Of a stretch of 64,000 nucleotides of DNA, positions 55,301 to 64,000 are shown piece by piece (position 1 is the stretch's first letter; each line of letters starts with the position of its first letter). The notes beneath the pieces are model-generated. The model saw only the letters and a program-made list of their open reading frames with translations, did not search any database and had not been told where the DNA came from. The stretch spans positions 1,488,001 to 1,552,000 of the forward strand of contig OX337237.1 of the NCBI GenBank assembly GCA_946965045.2, read 5' to 3'. Position numbers and translations under genes: made by a program. This DNA comes from Epithemia pelagica. Taxonomy: Eukaryota > Protista > Bacillariophyta.

Positions 55301-58059
55301 TGGTTGCCCTGCCAACACCTGGCTTCTTTGCCTTGAGTATGTCTGTGACTTATTGAACCATACATCATCACCCACCCATTCCGGTCGCACTCCTCTTGAG
55401 GCTCTCTCCGGACGCCCACCCGACATTACTCATCTCTTGTTCTTTCCTTTCTGGGATGAGGTTTACTACCGTGTCGACCCCGCTGAACCCAATTCTGGTT
55501 CATATCCATCTTCTTCTGATGAGAAACTTGGCCACTGGGTTGGTTTTGCTCACAACGTTGGTGATTCTTTTACTTGGAAGATTCTCACCCAGGATAACCA
55601 GATAATCTACCGTTCTGCCGTTCGCCGTGTTGATCCACTACACCTAACCTACGTGTGGATCGACCTTCAGGGGAGGATTCGTCTGAGAAGGATGACAATG
55701 ATAAGCAAGCTGACACTGTCTTCATTCGCAGTGATAGTGAAGATCCATCCAAACCAATGCCCACGATCGATTTTGACGACATGATAGGACGCACATTCCT
55801 ATGCGACACAGAAGAAAATGGGGAGCGACACCGTGCACGTGTCATCAAACGAGTCATTGATCTTAATGAAGAAGCAACAAAACAGGAAGAACGTGTCAAG
55901 TACATCTACCGAAAGACAAATTCTGATGTTGATGAGATGATATCCTATAATCAACTCATGGAGTATATCGAACGAGATAACCAAGCTCAAACCTCTGGAG
56001 ATAATCTTTTCAGGTTCAGGGACGTCATTGCCCATCAAGGCCCACTGAACACAACTGATCCAGATTACAAGGGAACAAATATAATTTGCTTGTTGATTGG
56101 GAAACTGGGGAGACTACCTATGAACCTTTATCACTCATCGCCAATGATGATCCGATCACTGTAGCAATTTATGGAAAGAAACATGGTTTACTCAACGAAC
56201 CTGGATGGAAGCATTTGAAACGTTATGTCAAAACAAGCAAACGTCTCATTCGAGCAGCCAAACAGTCAAGGATTAAACAAGTTCACTATTCCGTCAAGTA
56301 TAAGTTTGGATTCCAAGTACCACGCAATTATGAGGAAGCTGTCGCTCTTGATAAACAACATGGCAACACAAAGTGGCAGGATGCAACAGAATTAGAATTG
56401 TCACAGATCCAGTCCTACAAGACATTCAAGGATTTTGGGAAAGCCATCTTCATTAAAGGGAAAGTATCCAATGCACCTGAAGGATATCATAAGATACGTG
56501 TACATCTTGTCTTTGACGTAAAACATGATGGACGACATAAGGCAAGACTTGTCGCAGATGGACATCTCACAAAAGAACCTGTTGAGACAATCTATTCAGG
56601 TGTTGTTTCCATTCCCAATCTCCGCATTGCCTTATTCCTGGGTACTTTGAATGACTTGGAAATATGGGGAGCAGATATTGGAAACGCATATCTGGAAGCC
56701 TTGACAGGGGAGAAAATCTTCATTGTCGCAGGACCTGAATTCAAGGAATTAGAAGGTCACATCCTGATTATATACAAGGCACTTTATGGATTGAAGTCAT
56801 CAGGCGCACGCTGGCATGATGTCTTATTTGATGTTTTGACAGACATGGGATTTTCACCAAGCAAAGCAGATCCGGATATCTGGATGAGGAAAGCACCTGG
56901 AGAAGACTGTTACGAATACATTGCCGTATACGTTGATGACTTAGCCATTATTTCTACTGATCCTGGGAATATCTGCAAGATCCTGAAGGAGAAATACAAC
57001 TTCAAACTCAAAGGAGATGGACCTATTGATTTCCACTTGGGATGTTGTTACACCAAGGATTCTGATGGAACATTAGTAGCAGATCCAAGACGCTACATTG
57101 GTAAGATGATGGACACTTTCGAACGAATCTTCAAGGAGAAACCCAAGAAAGCCAAAACACCTCTTATTGGTGGAGACCATCCTGAATTGGATGATTCTGA
57201 GCTCCTTGATGAAGAAGGTACTAGCCATTTCCAAACTCTGATTGGACAACTCCAATGGGTGATCACTATTGGTCGTTTCGACGTCTTCACCGCTACAATG
57301 ACGCTATCACGCTTTCGTGCTGCTCCGAGGAAAGGACATCTTGATAGAGCCAAGCGTATCTATGGATACCTTGCACATCTCCCAGAAGGCGCAATCAGAT
57401 TAAGGATTGGAGAGCCTGATTATTCAAGTCTTCCTACCCAAGAATTTGATTGGACTCGCACTGTCTATTCGAATGCAAGTGAACGTATTCCTGAAGACTG
57501 CCCAACACCTCTTGGCCGCTATGTTACCACAACTCATTATGTTGATGCCAATCTCATGCATGACATAGTCACTGGTAAATCCGTCACTGCTGTTCTACAT
57601 TTGTTGAACGGAACACCTATTGACTGGTACAGCAAGAGGCAGAGCACGGTGGAAACTGCTACCTATGGATCCGAGTTTGTGGCTGCAAGGACAGCAATAG
57701 ATCAGATTACAGAATTACGACATTCTCTCCGCTACCTTGGAGTACCTATCCGAGAGCGAAGTTACATGTACGGAGATAACAGATCTGTTGTGCTCAATGC
57801 AACCGTTCCTCATTCCATACTATCCAAGAGACACCATCTTCTGTCATACCACCGAGTTTGTGAAGCCATCGCAGCAAAGTATGTTGCATTCTACTGGAAA
57901 GATGGAAAGACCAACCCTGCCGATATCCTTAGCAAACATTGGGATTTCGTATCTATTTGGCCCATGCTCAAGCCATTGTTGTTTTGGAAAGGAGAAGTTC
58001 AAGACCTCAACAAATCCAATGATGACAAGGCTGAAACGACAAGTTGTGGGGAGTGTTAG
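52375..58059 (+). pseudogene. copia gag-pol with three apparent single-base-deletion frameshifts (~53070, ~55645, ~56074)
   Basis: PR LIDRGANGG; IN TDSVF / ISDG / AENRY; RT HKARLVADG, DIGNAYL, LYGLK, YVDDL; RH YVDA, GSEF, GDN, NPADILSK. The frames rejoin as IFK(E)QQVFLYS, LH(P)NLRVDRP and KG(S)KYNLLVDW. Confidence 0.9.
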
Positions 58060-58837
58060 AATTCTCACCGTCTATGGTGGTTAGATTCTACATCTCATGG
58101 ATTCCCCATGTCACATAGCCTCGTGCTATCGCATCATGCCATCTAGCTTCGAGCTATGTTCCCTAGCTTCGCGCTATATCGACCTATATTTCTTCGCAAA
58201 TCATGAAAAGTGAGAATAGATTGACGAACTCACTCTCAAGACTAAACTGGGTCGTGCGGTATTACAACGGACGTAAATTTGGCCGTTGCTCGGACATTAT
58301 ACTAACGCCCTAAGCGTACGCGCCCGAAATCATCGAGCGCGCCCAAGCGACATCCGAGCGCTGTCGGCATCCATCCGACCCAACGGTCTAAGTATCCCAA
58401 GCACGACACACGATCACGCGAGACCATATTTCCATTCCCACAATCTCCAAATTGTCAACAAGCTGCGCGCCATGAAAACAACTATGCCAATCCAAAGCAA
58501 GAGCTGTTGACCCTGTATATGCTATCCGTCCACATATACATGTCATATACATCACATGAATCGACTCCAACTATTCCAAACCTGTTGCCGCCAAGAACCT
58601 ATGACACATGACCCTTGGCAGGACCGAACATTTCACGTAGACCTATCGTAGTAATCAACACACAATCTAACAATATCACCATTTATCACAGTCTCTTTTG
58701 TGTCCCGACTATCCTTTTGATAGACTTCGACTTGCTTGCTTCTCTGACCCTGAGAAGCTTGTATCGGTTGGTGACTACCTGATTGTCTGCTCTATCGAGC
58801 ATCCTAATGCCTCTACGATTCAGAAAGAATTGTATCA
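58054..58837 (+). repeat. 3' LTR (784 bp), preceded by a short purine tract (GGGGAG)
   Basis: Matches the 5' LTR end to end. Confidence 0.96.
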
Positions 58838-58842
58838 GACAG

Positions 58843-59875
58843 AACCAGATCTTATGCTACACTCCCACTCCCAGCCCACCTTAATGTCGATGCAGACCGT
58901 CTTGCTGAAGATTACGAGTACCCAGCTTCAATCTCATCCACACATGCTCCTCTCATTTCAGGCAGCCAAGCCATGCTCCACACACCACTCGGTACTGTTC
59001 ACTCAAACTACCGCGGTACCCTACGGTATCTTGCTACATGGACCACTCTTCGGGATTACCTTACCAACAAGTACGACTGGCCTCTCTCGGTGTATGACTC
59101 AATCGATTGGCCTGCCCATGGCCGCGTCATCAAAGCCTCTTTCGCCCGGCGCCATTTTCTGATAAAATTCATACATGACTGGCTTCCCCTTGGATACCTG
59201 CGCTCACGTTATGCAGTGTTTTACTCGGAAACGTGTCCTCTTTGCACTCCACCTGTTGTTGAGACTAGAACGCACTTTCTCCGCTGTCCTCACCGTCAAT
59301 GGAAAGGCTCTATGGTTACCGAACTACAACAATTTTGGCGACATCAGCACCTTGATCCTAACCTGTCCTTGATTCTGACCGAAATGATCCATTCTTGGCT
59401 TGCAAATCTTCCACCTGTGTTCCCTACTTTTCCCGATCTTTATCGCACCCTTATCACCAACCAACGACTTATTGGCTTTGAGCAACTTTTCCTCGGACGC
59501 TTCTCGCGGTTGTGGAGTCGACTTCAAGATTCATATCTTTCTCAACGGAACCTTGCTAAACGCTCGATCTCTGGCACACACTTTGTCACAGGCTCAATAA
59601 AAATCATGTGGAAACATATTCACACTCTTTGGATAACTCGGAACCAAGACGTCCATGGCAATACACCACCTACTATTGAAGCAGCTGCTTACGCTCAAGC
59701 TCAACGCGAAGTCTGTGCTCTTTATGATCTACAACATCAAGTTCCCGTGGCTTATCGTGATATTTTCTACTCTTCTACCGATGCCCACTTCGAAGCGGAA
59801 ACTTCCTCGTTTCTGCTTCGCTCCTGGATTAACACCTGGCGTCCTGTTATCAGCAGGACCGTTTCATTCTCCTAA
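58843..59875 (+). mobile_element. Non-LTR retrotransposon ORF, 3' part: end of RNase H and C-terminal zinc knuckle
   Basis: After removing the copia element and one TSD the frame reads GHQD-RTRSYATLPLPAHLNVDADRLA...CPLC...ETRTHFLRC to the stop at 59875. Confidence 0.92.
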
Positions 59876-59882
59876 CGTTTCT

Positions 59883-59904
59883 CCCCCCCCCCCCCCCCCC
59901 CCCC
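59883..59904 (+). repeat. C22 homopolymer in the LINE 3' UTR
   Basis: Read directly; begins 8 bp after the LINE stop codon. Confidence 0.9.
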
Positions 59905-60746
59905 TGTCATACCTTGTCCCGTCCTTTAGTCCTCGCTTCACATTTTGTGTGGAGCCAGGCGCGTCGGTCGACGCTACCCTAGCGGGTGCGCGCGGCAGGG
60001 TTAAAATAGATTGTACCTTTTTTTTTGGACAATCAGTTGGCAAGCAATGACCGATCATATTGGGTATCTACTGAAATCATATAGTTTACGACAAAACATA
60101 ACACATCATCATAAATCAAGTTTCTGCTTATGACAGCTAGGCTCACTGAAATTAAACTAGGACATATAAATACACCCGCAAAAGCAGCTGATGGCCCGGA
60201 GCTTGGCTTGGGCTGTTTTGGTTCATCTTGGAAGGTGTTATTCACAAAAGAGAAATGAATTGGTGCTGGGGTGTTTTCTTCCTTGTGACTGGTGGCATCT
60301 GGTTCTTCATTGCTACCATTCTGGGATGGGATGGGAACACGAGGATCTATGCGAGCTGCTGTTGACTGTGCCTCTGGCACATCAGAACCCAGTAGTGACC
60401 GAAGTAGGCGCCCTGCATGTTCCTGTACTGGCGACGACAGCTACTGGAGCCCGAAAGCCACAAGTCCCCGTTGCGTGGACGGTAGTATTCGTAGTAGTCT
60501 CTGTTGCTCCGACTATCGGTGTCGAAGGAATCGCAGCTACCGTACATCAATTCATCATTCTGCCAGTTGGCGCAATCATCTTCGACTTAAGTTGAAGAAG
60601 TCGTTCTTGCCATCCACCTGCTGAGCTGCTTGCGGAAAGGACTGGCAAAAGCCCGAAATCACTTCGACGTTGGCTTTGTTGTGAATTAAGAATTTGAGGG
60701 ATTCATTTTTTTACCAGCATGGAGTGGCAGTGTCCTCTTACTTTTA

Positions 60747-61739
60747 TTAGGCATTCTCGACATGGAAAGGCTTTTCGTCGTCCAAATCGGCCTGTGCTTG
60801 CAAATCTATAACTTCCCCCGGAGTCATTCCATCTACTAGCTCAACGTTACTAATATTGGCCAAAGTCGCAAAATGTTGCAGATCGACGAGGCGCCAAGTC
60901 ATTCGATTCCAATCGGGTACTTCCGTGAAGCGGCGACCAACATTCTCTCCACGGGGGTTGTTTATGAGTGGATCGGCAGGTAGAACATGGCGGCCGCCAT
61001 TGATTCGGCATAGGTCGTTGGCAAAGTCTTCGTCTTTCACAATAACAAAAATTGCTACCTTTGCATCAAAGGCAACTTCGTAGAGACTGGAGACAAAGTT
61101 TCTGTTTGCCTCTGATGGTGCCAGACCATCAATAATGAGAAGGGGCAACGCGGAGCAGTTATGACGAACTTTGGAAGAACCCATTTCCTCGGCATTGCTT
61201 ATTTGTACCAAATTTGTTTCAAAGGAAGGCGTACGGCAACTTCTTGCAAGAAACGTCTTTGTCACTTCAATCGATTCCTTCAAATTGCGAGGAGGAACAA
61301 TCTTTCGTTGTTCTGGTGGTTTCAGCGCCTGAATTAAGATGCTATGAAGGACAGGGGCTGCGTGGGGGGCACCAAAATGCTTTTGGCAGACAGTAAGCGG
61401 GACATTTGTGGAATCACTTTCGCGAATCATGATGGCACGTTCGGGCCGTTGGCTGGCATCATAATTGCCATGTAACAGGTAAAAGGCAGCGGTGGTCTTT
61501 CCAGATCCTGAAATTCCACAGCAGACGTAGGTTTTACCAGCAATTGCGGTAACGTACAGCTTCCAAAAAGCTTCGATCGAAGTTTTGCTCGCTACGACTG
61601 TCGACGTTTCCGGTATTTGCCCGAATATTTCGCTCGAAGCTGTGGCCTCGTCGAGTCTTTTCAGAAGCCACAGCCACCGGCTACCATTCTCAAGGCGCTG
61701 CAGGGCGTAGTCCATTGTCAAAATTACTCCTACAAACAC
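60747..61739 (-). CDS. P-loop NTPase-like protein of unknown function (start uncertain)
   Basis: Walker A CGISGSGKT after a beta strand; Walker B LLIID; the ORF begins at GTG with a stop 7 codons upstream. Confidence 0.65.
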   Translation of the reverse strand: MFVGVILTMDYALQRLENGSRWLWLLKRLDEATASSEIFGQIPETSTVVASKTSIEAFWKLYVTAIAGKTYVCCGISGSGKTTAAFYLLHGNYDASQRPERAIMIRESDSTNVPLTVCQKHFGAPHAAPVLHSILIQALKPPEQRKIVPPRNLKESIEVTKTFLARSCRTPSFETNLVQISNAEEMGSSKVRHNCSALPLLIIDGLAPSEANRNFVSSLYEVAFDAKVAIFVIVKDEDFANDLCRINGGRHVLPADPLINNPRGENVGRRFTEVPDWNRMTWRLVDLQHFATLANISNVELVDGMTPGEVIDLQAQADLDDEKPFHVENA

Positions 61740-61884
61740 GTAATTGTTGATTATGTTTCAGACGCTGGGAAGTATCACATCACAGATCTTCAGTCGCATA
61801 ACTCTGCTTGGACAGACCAAAATGTCACGCAGTCGCGTTTGAAGATTCCAGCAACCATGACCCGTCGAGTGACAATGAGTGGTG

Positions 61885-62317
61885 AGGCTGACCCTTAAGC
61901 CTCTACGAAACGAAAGTTGAGAGCTGACACGTCATCATTTTACCTCTTATATCCGGGTATTCTTGCTTTTCAGCTTTCGGGGCTACGAAAGTTGGCGCCA
62001 ACTTTCGTAGGCCAACGAAAGTAGAAGGCGTTTCAGATGTGCAAAGCGTTTAGACAATGTATGAATGTGAAGTTGTTCATAACGCTCAAGAGTATTGATC
62101 GACTGGCGTTCAGCTCCAACGGTCGGTGCGTCCTGTGTACGTCACAATTCTATGAGAATTATTTTAGTATTCAATTTATTGAAGTGAAAATGGGGGGGGA
62201 ATGGGGGAAAAGGCGCGGTTCTAGTTTTCGTTTCGCAGACGCGTAAGGAAGCAAAATCCCGCCAAAACGAAATGTCAGCTCTCAACTTTCGTTTCGTAGA
62301 GGCTTAAGGGTCGGCCT
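61885..62317. mobile_element. MITE / non-autonomous DNA transposon, 433 bp, 45-bp TIRs (1 mismatch), probable 8-bp TSD
   Basis: AGGCTGACCCTTAAGCCTCTACGAAACGAAAGTTGAGAGCTGACA (61885-61929) is the inverse of 62273-62317. Flanks are GAGTGGTG and GACTGGTG. Confidence 0.88.
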
Positions 62318-62603
62318 GACTGGTGACAGCTCTTGGCAAGATCATCGTCAAAGAAATTTTCAGTCTTTTGTTAACAGAACTACCACCACTGTCTCTATCC
62401 GTATCGTAGACTCGTTTCTTGTCTCCCTCGCAAGACAGATCATTGTTGGTGTTGATTGTACCAAGAAAGAAGATCGCGGGAAGGTCAAGGTCATGTTTTT
62501 GGCGAAAATGACAGTAACGGGGTCATTGGTCTTTCACTATTTGACTTCTTGGTAGAGAGACTGTTTGAGAGACCAGGTGAGCTACAGCAGTGATTGGTAA
62601 ACC

Positions 62604-64000
62604 ATGAGGTGGAAAATAAGTCTACCCGACAGACACGTACTGCTTCGCATTGTCGTGTTGAGTGGAGTGGTACCGTTGATGGTTGGTTGTCTCTTTCTTG
62701 GTGCCGTGATAGTTGGTCATGACATCGTGTCGATACAGTTCCTTCCAACAAGCCAAGTGAGAAGGGAATCGCTGGTATTGCTTGCAAGAGATCCCATAAT
62801 CCGAGTGATACAGTCGAAAGATTCCTTTCGAGTGGCACGTTTTCGTCAAGTTGCATCCTTTGGAAGAACACCTGTGATCGACTTTTTGGAAGAATCATCC
62901 TCCATCCAGTTTCAATCCAATGGAAACTACTATACGAACGGACCAGATCATCACGTCCAAACGGTAGATGATTACCAAGCAGTATCTGCCATCTTGCCAT
63001 CCTCGCCGAATCATGAATCGTCTTCCTTTCTGGACGCCTCACTCTTCCAGAATGGTGCCATATGCTTGGGACCTCTACATTGTAAAAGCTCCACCAAAAT
63101 ACCATCTTCCTTCTTTGGTGAAAATGCATTTCGGACGACTTTCAAGACTCGATGGCTGGAAGGTGTCTATGAACCGTCAAACCAAACCTTATCGAAGAAT
63201 CCTGCTCCTCATTTGAAGTGCACAAGACCAGGTGTTTGGGCTTTCGTTTTGTCGCCACTGGAAGCTCTGGCTGATTCTGCCGTATCCTGGACATCTTTTT
63301 CCTCGACGGTCCAGCAGACAGGTTCGTCATCTCTTCCCTTTCGACCAAACCCTGAGAAACTTGCAAGGGTTCACCATCCAACTGACACGGATACATCGTC
63401 CTCGCCCTTTTGGACACTGTTGACTCGACCGGCCATGGTACTGTTGGTGGCCCTTCAATTGGGATTAGCATTTTGTTATTGGAATTACAAGGTTCCTACC
63501 GGTGCTGTGGCACAGGAATACTCAGTTATTTTAAATGGAGACGCGGCCAGTAACGGTCGCCATTCTCAAGTGTGGAGAATTTTGTCCGGGGCCACGGCTC
63601 ATTTCGAAGTATGGCATCTGGGTGTCAACATGGTTTCCTTCTATAATCTCAGCCTGGGATTGGAGGGCAACCTGTATTCTTCCATTGAATTTCTGGGCAT
63701 GAATCTATCACTGATTGTTTTGGTGGGTGCTGTGTGGTTGGCCTTGCAATACTTCTTTGTGCGGTCCGCACACCGACGACCCACGGTGGGATATTCCGGT
63801 GTCTTGTTTGCCTGGTCCGTAATTCTGACGTTGCAGCAAACTCCAGGAAGCCAAACATGTCCCCTTCCGTTTTTCGAACAAGCGTGTTTCTCCACCATGA
63901 GCATTGGTATGGCCGACCTTTCACTCTCCTTTAGTTGGGCGCCGTGGGTGCAACTCATGGTAGCTCAGGTACTCTTGCCGCGAGTCAGTTGGACGGGACA
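62604..64000 (+). CDS. Rhomboid-family intramembrane serine protease (RHBDD1/RBL-like), 3' end outside window; absent from the ORF track
   Basis: Manual translation from ATG 62604 is open to the window end: RPAMVLLVALQLG...VWRILSGATAHFEVWHLGVNM...TVGYSGVLFAW...APWVQLMVAQVLLPRVSWTGH (catalytic GxSG and the start of the GH motif). Confidence 0.88.
   Translation, partial: MRWKISLPDRHVLLRIVVLSGVVPLMVGCLFLGAVIVGHDIVSIQFLPTSQVRRESLVLLARDPIIRVIQSKDSFRVARFRQVASFGRTPVIDFLEESSSIQFQSNGNYYTNGPDHHVQTVDDYQAVSAILPSSPNHESSSFLDASLFQNGAICLGPLHCKSSTKIPSSFFGENAFRTTFKTRWLEGVYEPSNQTLSKNPAPHLKCTRPGVWAFVLSPLEALADSAVSWTSFSSTVQQTGSSSLPFRPNPEKLARVHHPTDTDTSSSPFWTLLTRPAMVLLVALQLGLAFCYWNYKVPTGAVAQEYSVILNGDAASNGRHSQVWRILSGATAHFEVWHLGVNMVSFYNLSLGLEGNLYSSIEFLGMNLSLIVLVGAVWLALQYFFVRSAHRRPTVGYSGVLFAWSVILTLQQTPGSQTCPLPFFEQACFSTMSIGMADLSLSFSWAPWVQLMVAQVLLPRVSWTG

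Larger units (their letters stand above)
50455..58837 (+). mobile_element. Full-length Ty1/copia (CoDi-like) LTR retrotransposon, 8383 bp, 5-bp TSD GACAG (50450-50454 / 58838-58842)
   Basis: TG...CA LTR pair, identical flanking 5-mers, PR-IN-RT-RH domain order. Confidence 0.97.

Noticed and set aside
60033-60624. Overlapping short ORFs downstream of the LINE
   Set aside because: All frames are interrupted by stops and no domain is recognisable.

Overview
Eukaryotic nuclear DNA, most likely a (pennate) diatom. This is inferred from the diatom CoDi-type Ty1/copia element, short GT-AG introns and a signal-peptide plus Tat-type plastid-lumen presequence. The left ~45 kb is gene-dense: a class-3 lipase cut by the window edge, three ShK-repeat genes (two fused to prolyl 4-hydroxylase), DGAT2, a Crinkler-type REase-like/kinase gene, two paralogous two-TM proteins with C-terminal tandem HeH-like motifs flanking a 5-PAS hybrid histidine kinase, a 4-exon gene resembling an inactivated Crypton tyrosine recombinase, a UBC-fusion protein, a UMP-CMP kinase fused to a CaMKII-hub-like domain, an RBR E3 ligase ending in CaaX, an NmrA-like protein and an inactivated hAT transposase gene. 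The right third is a transposon nest. An APE-RT-RNaseH non-LTR retrotransposon (reconstructed ORF 1945 aa) is split inside its RNase H by a complete 8.4-kb copia element with 784-bp LTRs, a GACAG TSD, an extra 259-aa ORF before gag, a putative half-tRNA-Asn PBS and a chromodomain-like module. After it come a P-loop NTPase gene, a 433-bp MITE and a rhomboid protease gene running off the window. All family calls come from motif recognition by eye; no searches were run.
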